IMG/VR virus record: IMGVR_UViG_3300050195_000111
Location: 1 to 27,231 of that record
DNA: 27,231 nt
Origin: a virus
Lineage: Duplodnaviria; Caudoviricetes
Reading direction: 5' to 3' (one strand)
The notes under the pieces: model-generated
The model's database searches: none
Told to the model about the DNA's origin: nothing
The model's input: only the letters and a program-made list of their open reading frames with translations
Program-made: the position numbers and the translations under genes
Part shown: positions 1 through 8,847 of the stretch, piece by piece
Numbering within the stretch: position 1 is the first letter of the stretch
How the letters are laid out: each line of letters begins with the position of its first letter

Positions 1-1413
1 AACCGTTGGGCCGCCTCCGGTGAAAAAGTCCCAGATGCCAGAGCCTGCGCCCTTGATGGCATTAAGCAGCGCATCGCCAATCGTTCCAGCAGCAGCTATC
101 CCACCATCTATCAGCGCCTGCAGAGCCGCCACAAACGCCGTGATAAGAGCGCGCATGATAGCGCTGGCCATGTTTTTAAGGCCATCCCAAAGCGCGGATA
201 GAGCGGCAAGCAAGATCGGCGCGAGGTTATCACCCAAGGCCCGCATGGCCGTAAAGAACTGCGCCACGCCATCAATTAGCGCCGCAGGGTCGCCCTTCCA
301 TAGGCCTTCCAGAACTCGCCACAAGCTCTTGCCGACATTGATGATGGCATTGAACGTGCCTAGGACATTATCCTTCCAGCGCGCCCATGGGCCAATCATA
401 GCGCCAATCAGGCTTTCCCCGCCTTGGAGCCACGTAAATACGTCTTCCAGCGCCAGAGCAATCAGCGCCGCCACGGCTGCGAATTGAACACCGGCTGCGA
501 TCATAGGAGCCAATGCTACCCCAGCCATAAGCCCCAGCGCGGCAAGCGTGGCAATCATCAGGCGAACAGCATTATCTGCCCCGCCTACTACATCGATCAC
601 CTTGTTGATGCCGTTTTCGACCGCGACCATGGCGTCAATGATGATTTTTGCCATCTTGGGGATGAACATAGTTTGCCGATTAAGCCTATGCACAAGCCGA
701 TCCCAATGGTTCCCCACAATCTGTGTAGCCTGCCCGAAAGCCAAAGGCATTTTAAGCATATCACGTTCGATCTCTGGAGCCATGGCCTTAAATGCTTCTG
801 CCAGCTTACGCGCCGTCAATGCGCCAGAAGATGATAGCTCGAAAAGCTTGTCAGTCGTAGTGTCCAACTGTGCCGCCAACTTGTCCTTAAAGTCGGTAGA
901 CATTGTCTCCATGAATGCCTTGAACTCGTCGCCGTCTAACTTCCCCTTTTGGAAGCCTTGAGAAAGCTGGATCATAGCGCTAGCGGCCTCTTCAGCAGTA
1001 GCACCGCCGATGACAAGGGCATTTGAAATTGCATCAGTGATTAGCAGCACATCCTCTTGGGTGCGCATGTAGTCCTTTGTAGCGCCTGCCAAGCGAATAT
1101 AGAGCGTGGTGTATTCGGTGATGCCTTGCCGCGCTTTGTCAGCATGTTCCGCCACCCTATCGAAAGCTTCCGCAGCATCCCCGATGGTTTGCGGCAACAT
1201 TCCGATACGCGCCTGCAAAGACTGCATCATGTCCGCAACAGCGACAATCCCACGCGCCGCAGCAAAGCCAGCAATGGCAGCGCCAATAGCAGCAAACGCA
1301 TTGGCAGCGCTTTCAGCCTCGCCTTTGATCCGGTGCAAGCGCCCGTCCACGCGGTCAAGGGCGCTATTGTCAACGCTGAAGCCGAGACGTGTGATTAATT
1401 CCCGAACAATCAT
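1..1413 (-). CDS. Tail tape measure protein (5' part; runs off left edge)
   Basis: Not in ORF track (no stop in window). ATG at 1413, GGAGG upstream. MIVRELITRLGF...GGATAEEAASAMIQLSQGFQKGKLDGDEF is a typical TMP motif. Ala/Gly-rich and follows the tail chaperone. Confidence 0.92.
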   Translation of the reverse strand, partial: MIVRELITRLGFSVDNSALDRVDGRLHRIKGEAESAANAFAAIGAAIAGFAAARGIVAVADMMQSLQARIGMLPQTIGDAAEAFDRVAEHADKARQGITEYTTLYIRLAGATKDYMRTQEDVLLITDAISNALVIGGATAEEAASAMIQLSQGFQKGKLDGDEFKAFMETMSTDFKDKLAAQLDTTTDKLFELSSSGALTARKLAEAFKAMAPEIERDMLKMPLAFGQATQIVGNHWDRLVHRLNRQTMFIPKMAKIIIDAMVAVENGINKVIDVVGGADNAVRLMIATLAALGLMAGVALAPMIAAGVQFAAVAALIALALEDVFTWLQGGESLIGAMIGPWARWKDNVLGTFNAIINVGKSLWRVLEGLWKGDPAALIDGVAQFFTAMRALGDNLAPILLAALSALWDGLKNMASAIMRALITAFVAALQALIDGGIAAAGTIGDALLNAIKGAGSGIWDFFTGGGPTV

Positions 1414-1670
1414 TGACTAGCCTCCTTGGCCTGCGCCGCTTGTATATCCGCCTGCATATCCATCAGGGCGTTAATGGCCAGAATGTCCGACACAGTAGCA
1501 ACGCCGGTCTTAACTTCAGTCAGCGTAAACTTGCCGGCCAGAATAGGACGCCACACCCACAAATCCCGCTCTAGGTCGGGATGCAGCGCCCCATACTTCT
1601 CTAGCCCTTCTTGCCCGCCAGATCGGCCAGATTGACGCCAAAGCGCGCCGCCAGCTTCTGAAAAAAAGGG
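1410..1670 (-). CDS. Tail assembly chaperone C-terminal extension (-1 frame, gpT-like)
   Basis: The -1 frame is open from the slippery CCCTTTTTTT to TGA at 1412-1410 (ATGA overlap with TMP). Encodes ...DLWVWRPILAGKFTLTEVKTGVATVSDILAINALMD... Confidence 0.72.
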   Translation of the reverse strand, partial: PFFSEAGGALWRQSGRSGGQEGLEKYGALHPDLERDLWVWRPILAGKFTLTEVKTGVATVSDILAINALMDMQADIQAAQAKEASQ

Positions 1671-2014
1671 CCGAACTGATAGCGCCCCACCTCGAAAGCC
1701 AGCTCGAAAAAGTCGAACAGGTCTTCATGCGAAAAGACTATATTGACCGATGCCTCATCCTTGATGAACTTCTTGGCCTCGTTCGCGTAAACTCGGCTTT
1801 CAGCCATCATCGGCATGACAATTTCGTCCAGCACTTCAGGCGGGAACACCTCGCCAATCTGTGCCACATCCAGATCGGCCAGCCCCTTGCCACCCAGAGC
1901 GGCAAGCAAGGGGGTCGCCCGCTTGGTGATTTGCAGGAACATCTTGGACGCGGCAAAGGCGTTCATAGGCTGCGCGGTAAACTCACGATTGCCCATGATG
2001 AACGTCTGGGTCAT
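1601..2014 (-). CDS. Tail assembly chaperone (gpG-like)
   Basis: 137 aa between tube and TMP, with a slippery sequence near the 3' end. Confidence 0.8.
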   Translation of the reverse strand: MTQTFIMGNREFTAQPMNAFAASKMFLQITKRATPLLAALGGKGLADLDVAQIGEVFPPEVLDEIVMPMMAESRVYANEAKKFIKDEASVNIVFSHEDLFDFFELAFEVGRYQFGPFFQKLAARFGVNLADLAGKKG

Positions 2015-2448
2015 CAGTTGCCCCCGTGAACGATGGTCAGATCAGCAGCGTCAAACACCCAAGTGCGCTCGCCCACTTCCTTGCCGAACGTGGCTTCGGG
2101 CATGGTCTTAACCCAGCATTGCGAGGCATAGGCCAGCGAAGCGCCAGATCCATCAATGATCGAAATGGGGAACGTGCCCAGACCATCGGCCAGCAGGTTG
2201 TCAGCCGCAATCAGTGCCGACAATTCAGCGTTCGCGCCACTGGTTTGCAGGAGCTTGAATTCAAACGTTCCGCTCTTGTTAGCGTTGCGCGCTCGTCCAA
2301 CCTTGCCATCAATGCCCACCTTTTTACTGGACATATCCTCATCGCGCTTAGCTGCGATAGCATCGCCATCAGAAAAGCCCCGCAGCGATACGCCAGAAAC
2401 GCTAACGATAACCTGCGAGGGGTCATAAGTTCCGGTCAAAGAAGCCAT
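2014..2448 (-). CDS. Tail tube protein (DUF3277-like)
   Basis: TYDPSQVIVSVSG...GF.DG...F.LLQTS..N...RTWVF pattern; immediately after the sheath. Confidence 0.85.
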   Translation of the reverse strand: MASLTGTYDPSQVIVSVSGVSLRGFSDGDAIAAKRDEDMSSKKVGIDGKVGRARNANKSGTFEFKLLQTSGANAELSALIAADNLLADGLGTFPISIIDGSGASLAYASQCWVKTMPEATFGKEVGERTWVFDAADLTIVHGGN

Positions 2449-2461
2449 TGTCTAATCTCCC

Positions 2462-3787
2462 TTACAGCGAATAGGCCAGAGTGCCGGTGATGGTCGTGGC
2501 ATGGATAGCGCCAGCCAAGCGGGCCTTGAACGAAAGCGCCAAAGTGCGGGTTGCCTTCACAGCGCTGGATACATCGGCGGCCTTGGGATAGGTGATCGTA
2601 AAGCCGGGGACGTTTGCGCCGGTAGCGTCCAGTTCATCGGGAGCGATGCCGCCCACGCGATGACCTTCCGCAAGCGTTGCCCGCAAGTTGTTCACGCAAA
2701 GCTGGATGCCTGCATCGGTATAAGGCACCTTGTCGCGACCAATCATCATGGTGACCATGTTGACCTGGATTTGATCCTTCAGCCAATCGCGGAAGCGGAT
2801 AACGTCGATCCACTCGCCCGACATAACCTTGCCCGGTGCGGTCAGCGTCAAGCCGGTCTGATAGAAGTCGAACGTGTTGCCGCCCTTCGCGTGAACCGTA
2901 GCGCGCTGGGTGCTGGTCAGATTGTCCGAGGTAATGCCAGAAAGCGACTTCAAAGCCCATGTTTCCGAACCGCTTTGGATGGTCAAGCAACGCCCAGCCA
3001 AGGCAGCATCAGGGAATTCAGTGCCAGCGTTTGCGCTGTAAATCGCGGCGGTGCGATTGTAACCCAATGCCCGCAACTGCGAAAACAGATCATCGGTCGT
3101 TCCGGAAACCAGGATGCCCGCTTCGCTGCTTGCCGTGTTAAACAGCTTTTCGGTCGTTTCCGCCCAAGCCGCAGCCGAAAGCTGGATTGCCTTGGTGCGC
3201 TCGGCCAAAACCAAGCCATACCAATCAGCGTCTACGTCAAGAATGGCGGTCAGGTCGGCGGAAACCGTGGCACTATCGCCAGTGATTGCGCCCCATGCCA
3301 GACGACTGCCAAGCACAACAGCGCCAACCGTGGCCGAGTTCCACTCAAGCGAGAGGGTGGAGCCCACCACCGTGCCGGTGATGATTTCATTCGTATCAGC
3401 CGCAATTGCAGCGGCAAGGCCGGTCACAATCTCGGTCGCCGTCGCGCTGCTATCAGCCGTATAGCTGTAGGCTTCACCCGCAACCGTGATGGTGTAGGTT
3501 GCAGCATTCACCACGCTGGAAACCGTCACAATGGCGCTATCCACAGTGCGGCGGCCAACCTTGACCTGCGCTGGCTTGGGATCTTGCGCGAAGCAATCGG
3601 AAACAGCCCGCAGCATAACCGGCGGGAGATTGTCACCCTCGGCTTCGGGGTAATTTTCATAGATCTTGACCAAATCAGCCCAAGCCATATGCGGGCCAAC
3701 AATCAAGGGAATGCCGAATTCACCGGCAGAAACGCCCGTCGATTGCAGGGCGATGGAAACATTTGCGATATTATCAAGCGATGCCAT
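2462..3787 (-). CDS. Tail sheath protein (DUF3383-like)
   Basis: 441 aa with GSETWALKSLSGI, GEWIDVIRFRDWL, KVPYTDAGI and ARLAGAIH motifs. Confidence 0.9.
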   Translation of the reverse strand: MASLDNIANVSIALQSTGVSAGEFGIPLIVGPHMAWADLVKIYENYPEAEGDNLPPVMLRAVSDCFAQDPKPAQVKVGRRTVDSAIVTVSSVVNAATYTITVAGEAYSYTADSSATATEIVTGLAAAIAADTNEIITGTVVGSTLSLEWNSATVGAVVLGSRLAWGAITGDSATVSADLTAILDVDADWYGLVLAERTKAIQLSAAAWAETTEKLFNTASSEAGILVSGTTDDLFSQLRALGYNRTAAIYSANAGTEFPDAALAGRCLTIQSGSETWALKSLSGITSDNLTSTQRATVHAKGGNTFDFYQTGLTLTAPGKVMSGEWIDVIRFRDWLKDQIQVNMVTMMIGRDKVPYTDAGIQLCVNNLRATLAEGHRVGGIAPDELDATGANVPGFTITYPKAADVSSAVKATRTLALSFKARLAGAIHATTITGTLAYSL

Positions 3788-3798
3788 CGTGGCTCCCC

Positions 3799-4335
3799 TT
3801 AGCTTAGATCAACGTCAATGGTCCCTGCCAAATCAGGGTCGTAATTCGGTAATGTACTATCTGTAGCAAGTTCCGTGCCAATTTGCACGCCTTGAATTGT
3901 GCCAACCTCATCAAGAGTGCGGACGCCATAGCGAATGAACAGATCAACCGCCGCCCGTGGCTCGATATGGTCGTTATCCATGCGAAACGGGATGAACCCC
4001 ACCGCGCCCAGATCATAGACAACCATGTCAGCCGCCCGCCATTGGTCTAGGACCGTTACGCGGCTCATGTCGTCTCGGAAGTCGCACACGTAATCCTGCG
4101 CCGATGGGCCAATGCGCTGGACGGTGAGAGTTTCCTCTCTCACTCCGTTGATGGTCAATTCGCCATCATCGTTCACGCCTTGGCTATATTCATCGGTGCC
4201 CAGCGACCGGCGAGCATTAAGCCGTAGCGTCCAATAAGCCCCAGATGGCCGAGGCGCGTTCTGGTCTGCCCAGATAACCGGCTCAGGGGCCACCAGAGGC
4301 GCGATTATGCCGTAGATGGTATCCCTACGGCTCAT
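3799..4335 (-). CDS. Tail completion/neck terminator protein
   Basis: VIWADQNAPRP motif; position directly upstream of the sheath. Confidence 0.7.
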   Translation of the reverse strand: MSRRDTIYGIIAPLVAPEPVIWADQNAPRPSGAYWTLRLNARRSLGTDEYSQGVNDDGELTINGVREETLTVQRIGPSAQDYVCDFRDDMSRVTVLDQWRAADMVVYDLGAVGFIPFRMDNDHIEPRAAVDLFIRYGVRTLDEVGTIQGVQIGTELATDSTLPNYDPDLAGTIDVDLS

Positions 4336-4934
4336 GCGCCATTGCCTAGCCGTGCGCGGATATACCAGCCATTCACGCGCACAGTCGCGCTTGCATCCGT
4401 CCAGATTTTCAGCTCAGCCGGATTTTCCGCAATAGGCGCGCTGCCGATGTAAAACGGGATATTGGTTACATAGTGATATGTGCCGGTCGTCTTGAATTGC
4501 GCCTGCGTAGGCTCAATGTCGAATGCCGATGCATGGCCGATAGCCATATCCAGCCGCAGCCGCACAACCTGATTTGCCGCAGTCGTGGTAATGGATAGAT
4601 CGGCGCGAATATCCACCATGGAATAAACAGGCAGGTCGGCGAAGTCGAATTGCCCCGTGCTGGCGTTCCACAGTCGATCTACGCCATCAGGAAGCGCGGA
4701 TGTCAGCGTGTAAGGCCCAAGCCCGTCATTGGTCAACTTAGTCCACGTGCTAGACGTGATAGACGCAGCCGCAATGCCGGTCGCATAGTCGTTATAGTCA
4801 GCAAAGCCTACTGGCCTCGCCAGCTCCTGCAAAGCCTCGATCTCGCTCTTGGCTGTGGCAAAATTCGCCCGAACGCTGGCGGTAGTGGGGTTGCTGAAAA
4901 CAGGCTTGGTTACATCAATGCCGCTTGCCATCAT
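4332..4934 (-). CDS. Putative virion accessory (collar/fibre-like) protein
   Basis: Start re-called at the ATGA overlap with the upstream gene. N-terminal IDVTKP...SVRANFATAKSEIEALQ helix, then a beta-rich domain; sits in the neck module. Confidence 0.5.
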   Translation of the reverse strand: MMASGIDVTKPVFSNPTTASVRANFATAKSEIEALQELARPVGFADYNDYATGIAAASITSSTWTKLTNDGLGPYTLTSALPDGVDRLWNASTGQFDFADLPVYSMVDIRADLSITTTAANQVVRLRLDMAIGHASAFDIEPTQAQFKTTGTYHYVTNIPFYIGSAPIAENPAELKIWTDASATVRVNGWYIRARLGNGA

Positions 4935-5314
4935 GGCCTCACTAGGTTGCCAGCCAGCCAATCGGCCTCACTGGTGAATTTGAAAATCTTGGCCGCCGTG
5001 TATCGGTAGTGATTGATCACGCCCGATTGATTGGCGTCTACGTCGGTCAATTCGTAACCCCACCCCTCACTGACAATAATGTCAGGCTGGATAGCGTCAT
5101 CGGTAGACGTTACCTGCAATTCAAGCGCACAGTAGACCTTGCGGAAGTCGGAAAGCCGCCTACCCTCCGGCAATGGCTGCATCCCTGAATTGGCTGGCAT
5201 GGGCTGGACGCTGGCCTGCACAGTCATCGCCAACCGCGCCCCAGCTTGCCAAACGCCGTCCACATACTCGCCCGCAGTCTCCCGCAAGATCAGATATGGC
5301 TTGCGAAAGCTCAT
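4931..5314 (-). CDS. Head closure / head-tail joining protein
   Basis: GEYVDGVW...ASVQP...LPEGRR...PDII pattern; synteny. Confidence 0.7.
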   Translation of the reverse strand: MSFRKPYLILRETAGEYVDGVWQAGARLAMTVQASVQPMPANSGMQPLPEGRRLSDFRKVYCALELQVTSTDDAIQPDIIVSEGWGYELTDVDANQSGVINHYRYTAAKIFKFTSEADWLAGNLVRP

Positions 5315-5769
5315 GCCGTCTTGGCCCTCACGCTGATTTGCACCGCGTTCACCATCGCGCCGGTATCGACAAGGGTCTTTTCAGATCCCTTCTTGCGCGC
5401 AACAGTGACAGGCGAAAGCCGAGGCAGGAAGTCGCGGTCGGTAATGGTGTTTTTGATCCTGTCAGCCTGCTTTTGGCCGATGATGGTCAGAGTTTGATGC
5501 GCCGTCCGCTTGCCCTGCAGCAGGCCCATGGATTGCTTGGTAAAGTCCGCCTGAATATCGGCGCGGTTTTCATCGAATGCCGTCCGCATAAACGGGCGCG
5601 AGTGAATGCGGTCAGTGCCGTATTCGTTATCAGCGGCATATTCCGCGATGGGGTGGCCCTCGTTTTCCGAACCGGCAAGAATTCCGACTGCCACTTCCAT
5701 GCCGCCTGCCATACGCAACTGTGCGCGGATAGCGTTGTAGCCAAGGTCGCGCTCGGTCACACGGGCCAT
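5311..5769 (-). CDS. Neck protein (HK97 gp10-like)
   Basis: Start re-called at ATG 5769 (TGATG overlap). NEYGTDRIHSRPFMR and KKGSEKTLVDTGAM motifs. Confidence 0.78.
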   Translation of the reverse strand: MARVTERDLGYNAIRAQLRMAGGMEVAVGILAGSENEGHPIAEYAADNEYGTDRIHSRPFMRTAFDENRADIQADFTKQSMGLLQGKRTAHQTLTIIGQKQADRIKNTITDRDFLPRLSPVTVARKKGSEKTLVDTGAMVNAVQISVRAKTA

Positions 5770-6131
5770 CAGATAACCCCTCGAACCATGATCCCAACGC
5801 CGCCAGCCTGCGTCAGCGCAAGATACTGCTGGCCATAGGCCGACTGCCCCAGCCATGTATCAGAGGCCACCATAGCGCCGTATGTGCGCTGTAAGTCGCC
5901 TTCTTTTTCGCTCGTCACGTTGCCGCTTGCGAATGCCCCTCCCGATGTCGTCAATTGCGACATGGCCAGCATATGCGCGGCATACAAAGCCAAGGCCATG
6001 TTGGCGCGTTCGGTATCAAGGTAATCGGTGCGGATGATATTTCCGGCCACAGTTAGCCAAGTGCCGACAGTGGTATCATTCACCGTGGCATATTCGCTGG
6101 CCAGCAGCCGGAAATATTCAAGCGCGGTCAT
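5769..6131 (-). CDS. Head-tail adaptor (DUF4054-like)
   Basis: ALYAAHML...VTSEKEGDL...WLGQSAYGQQY motif. Confidence 0.8.
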   Translation of the reverse strand: MTALEYFRLLASEYATVNDTTVGTWLTVAGNIIRTDYLDTERANMALALYAAHMLAMSQLTTSGGAFASGNVTSEKEGDLQRTYGAMVASDTWLGQSAYGQQYLALTQAGGVGIMVRGVI

Positions 6132-6337
6132 TATTCGCCCGATGCTTCCGTTTCGGTAGGCTCGGCCACGGCTTCCACCTTGGCAGGGCGGCCACGCTTG
6201 GCAGGCTCTGCAACCGGCACAAGTTCCGCCGTGTCGATAGCGGTTTCAAACTCGGCGGGGATCTCTTTCGTCTCGCCGGGGGCAATGCGGACGCCACCAA
6301 CGCTATGCAGGCGGGCCGATACGTTCGTTACTTGCAT
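6131..6337 (-). CDS. Small head-associated protein
   Basis: GAGG RBS, 68 aa with KRGRPAK; occupies the usual slot after the major capsid gene. Confidence 0.65.
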   Translation of the reverse strand: MQVTNVSARLHSVGGVRIAPGETKEIPAEFETAIDTAELVPVAEPAKRGRPAKVEAVAEPTETEASGE

Positions 6338-6363
6338 GTGTCACCTCATGGAATGCTCATGCA

Positions 6364-6392
6364 AGGATAATGCCAAACCACTTTTTTTGCAA
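6364..6392 (-). promoter_or_regulatory. sigma70-like promoter for neck/tail genes
   Basis: TTGCAA-N17-TATCCT on the minus strand upstream of ATG 6337. Confidence 0.5.
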
Positions 6393-6397
6393 GCCGA

Positions 6398-6426
6398 TTG
6401 AAGTCACAGCTATCTTGGTGTAGTCT
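6398..6426 (+). promoter_or_regulatory. sigma70-like promoter of the GIY-YIG endonuclease gene
   Basis: TTGAAG-N17-TAGTCT; predicted start ~6433 coincides with the first base of the structured leader. Confidence 0.55.
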
Positions 6427-6432
6427 TGCGGC

Positions 6433-6507
6433 GCGGATAGGTTGATCCCCGAAAAGATCGTCGCTAGCGATCCTGCCGCTCAACACCTAGCGGGCTATCT
6501 AGCGAGG
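6433..6507 (+). ncRNA. Candidate structured cis-regulatory leader RNA
   Basis: Outer stem GCGG-A-TAG/CTGCCGC, inner stem GATCG/CGATC, and loop TCGCTAG complementary to CTAGCGA (6499-6505) overlapping the RBS. Confidence 0.5.
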
Positions 6508-6513
6508 CCAATC

Positions 6514-7380
6514 ATGAACGATTTTTACGTGTATCTGCATCGGAGAAAGTCCGATGGTGCGATTTTCTATGTCGGCAAGGGGCGCGGCAATCGGGCTTGG
6601 GTAGAGACTGGGCGCAACCAGCATTGGCAGAATGTGGCCAATAAGCATGGATGTGATGTTTCGATCTATCGTGATAAATTAGCCGAGGCTTGCGCATTTT
6701 CTATTGAGCGTATTTTGATTGCATCAATTGGGCGCGACAACCTTTGCAACCTTACCGATGGTGGGGAAGGCGCTAGCGGGTTTGTCAGGCCGCGAGAAGT
6801 TGTTGAGCGTATGGCAGCGATGCATCGCGGCATGAAGCGATCAGAACAATCTCGCCGGAGGATGAGCGAGGCTCAGTTAAATTCCACCAACCGGCCAGAC
6901 AACAGCGGAGACAAAAACCCTTCAAAGCGCCAAGATGTGCGTGATAAAATGTCTGCCGCTAGAAAAGGGAGGTTCACAGGAGACGATAATGTATCAAGAC
7001 GTCCTGATGTTCGCGCTAAACTATCATCGAACAATGCGATGAATGATCCAGCCAATAGAGCTAAAGTCTCTGCGGCCTTGAAGGGGCGTAAAGCCCCATG
7101 GATAATGGGAGACAATCACCCAAACAAAAAACCTGCCGCGCGCGAACATTTATCAAAATTAATGAAAGGAAGGAATGCCCCTTGGGCGACAGGATCTAAT
7201 GCCCATAATTCTCGTTCAGTTGTGTGCGATAATGGCTTAGAGTTTGATACAATTACAGATGCGTCTAAATGGGTTTGTAAAACATACTCAAAATGTGCAA
7301 AGAATATAGTTTCTAAAATCTCAGAGGCATGCAAGGGTAGAAGGAAAACGGCCTACGGCCATAAATGGAAATTTAAATAA
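6514..7380 (+). CDS. Free-standing GIY-YIG homing endonuclease with NUMOD3-like repeats and NUMOD1-like C-terminal HTH
   Basis: FYVYLH...FYVGKG...R...E..LI...NLTDGGEG catalytic pattern; RSEQSRRRMS and three to four similar repeats; ISEACKGRRKTAYGHKWKF end. GAGG RBS before ATG 6514. Confidence 0.88.
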   Translation: MNDFYVYLHRRKSDGAIFYVGKGRGNRAWVETGRNQHWQNVANKHGCDVSIYRDKLAEACAFSIERILIASIGRDNLCNLTDGGEGASGFVRPREVVERMAAMHRGMKRSEQSRRRMSEAQLNSTNRPDNSGDKNPSKRQDVRDKMSAARKGRFTGDDNVSRRPDVRAKLSSNNAMNDPANRAKVSAALKGRKAPWIMGDNHPNKKPAAREHLSKLMKGRNAPWATGSNAHNSRSVVCDNGLEFDTITDASKWVCKTYSKCAKNIVSKISEACKGRRKTAYGHKWKFK

Positions 7381-7408
7381 AAAGGGAGGGTTTTACCCCT
7401 CCCTCTCT
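7376..7408. terminator. Intrinsic terminator between convergent capsid and endonuclease genes
   Basis: AGGGAGGG/CCCTCCCT stem, with a T-run on the minus strand. Confidence 0.75.
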
Positions 7409-7430
7409 ACTGAATTACAATTTGTGTTAC

Positions 7431-8387
7431 TTAAATACCATCGGTATATGCCAAAGCAAGGGGGTAATATACCACCACGCCGCCCACACGGCTCTCCATC
7501 GGTACAACAAATTCCAGCCCCTGCTGCTGCGGCGTATAAGTCTTCAGCATCATCGGAATTTCGAGCGTCAGGTTGTCTGCGGTGATCTCACCGGCATACA
7601 TGCGGTCAGCACCCGAAGCGCCTGCGCCGTCCAGTTCCAGCACAGCTTCGAACGAAACGCCGGGGTTATTGCGCTGCAAGAATTCCAGCACAGTGGTGTC
7701 GGTGCCGGTGTCATTCTTCAGGCCCGCGATGTAGCTCAACTGCTCCAGCGGCATCCATACGGCATTGGCCTTGTGAATGTCCTTGGACAGGGTGCGCACA
7801 AGGTTGATCAGCGCCTGAACGTCACGCACAATCTGCGCGGGCGTCTTGGTGGTGAATGCCTTGCTGGAACCCGTGCCATCAGCGGTCAGCGTCAAAGCGG
7901 GGATGTTGGCGTTGCTCAACAGACCGGGCAAGCCCGAAACAGTGTCGCCAGCCCATGCCAGACGATTGATCAGCTCTTCCTGCGCGCGGGCAGCCATGGT
8001 TGCCTTGCGGCTTTCCAGATTGGTGCCTGCCATCAGGGCCGAACGGATCTCCTGCGTCGAATAGCCGTAGGCATCGCCAATGCTGCGGATGGGCGAGGTG
8101 AATTCCTTGCCCTTCACATCTGCGCGGGGCAGATCGTTTGCATAGTTGGCAATGATCTTGGCCATGCCCACGCCGTCATACTGGCGATAGGTGATGGTGG
8201 TCGCACCTTCGCCAGCCTCAGTCGAGATGGGCAGGAGACGCATGGCGTTGAGCGCGGGGCGCTTGACGTCATAGGTGCGGCTCTTCACATGCTCCAACTG
8301 GCGGGCAAAGAAAATGCCTTCGTTGGCGTCAAAGCGGCCAGTGTTCTGGATGGCGATCAGGTCGCGTTCATCATAGCGGTCGGTCAT
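7431..8387 (-). CDS. Major capsid protein (DUF2184-like)
   Basis: Start re-called at ATG 8387 (MTDRYD). FFARQLEHV, DLPRADV, GLPGLLSNANI and GGVVVYYPLA motifs; 318 aa. Confidence 0.9.
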   Translation of the reverse strand: MTDRYDERDLIAIQNTGRFDANEGIFFARQLEHVKSRTYDVKRPALNAMRLLPISTEAGEGATTITYRQYDGVGMAKIIANYANDLPRADVKGKEFTSPIRSIGDAYGYSTQEIRSALMAGTNLESRKATMAARAQEELINRLAWAGDTVSGLPGLLSNANIPALTLTADGTGSSKAFTTKTPAQIVRDVQALINLVRTLSKDIHKANAVWMPLEQLSYIAGLKNDTGTDTTVLEFLQRNNPGVSFEAVLELDGAGASGADRMYAGEITADNLTLEIPMMLKTYTPQQQGLEFVVPMESRVGGVVVYYPLALAYTDGI

Positions 8388-8388
8388 C

Positions 8389-8844
8389 TTACTTGATCTC
8401 CACAAGAGCCAGACCAGCCGCCGAAGTGGCGGTTTGGAAGCGGGCCGAGAATTGCGTGAATGCCTCAATGCCGGTGGTGACTGCTTCGTCAGTCAAGGTG
8501 CCGGATGCGACATGCAAATTGGCCACAGCGCCAGCGGCAACAGCATCATTGGTCATGATCCAAAAACGGCCACGCTTCAGGACGTTGACGCTTTCGCCAA
8601 TGGCAAACTGCACCACGCCAGCGCTCGACTGCTCACGCGCATGGTCGTGGATTGCGAATGCGAAAGCGGCAGCGCCAGAGGTAGCTTTTTTGACCTGACG
8701 AGTAGCATTCGTGCCACGCATCAGGGGGTACGCCAGCGGAATGGCTTCTTCGGCAGAAAAGCTGTCGATCAACTGATGGCTAATGCCGTCCAGCATGCCA
8801 ACGAATGCGGCATCCTGATAAAGGGAAACAGTGGTCTGGCTCAT
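8389..8844 (-). CDS. Capsid decoration/cement protein
   Basis: 151 aa between protease and MCP, with the VNVLKRGRFWI motif. Confidence 0.7.
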   Translation of the reverse strand: MSQTTVSLYQDAAFVGMLDGISHQLIDSFSAEEAIPLAYPLMRGTNATRQVKKATSGAAAFAFAIHDHAREQSSAGVVQFAIGESVNVLKRGRFWIMTNDAVAAGAVANLHVASGTLTDEAVTTGIEAFTQFSARFQTATSAAGLALVEIK

Positions 8845-8847
8845 GGG

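Noticed and set aside
20-1420. Plus-strand ORFs at the left end
   Set aside because: Antisense to the tape measure gene, which the track omits.
1516-1728. 70-aa minus ORF as chaperone extension
   Set aside because: It is the +1 frame; the -1 frame has the slippery site and couples to the TMP start.
2501-3802. 433-aa plus-strand ORF opposite the sheath gene
   Set aside because: Shadow ORF with no recognisable motif, while the sense gene is clearly the sheath.
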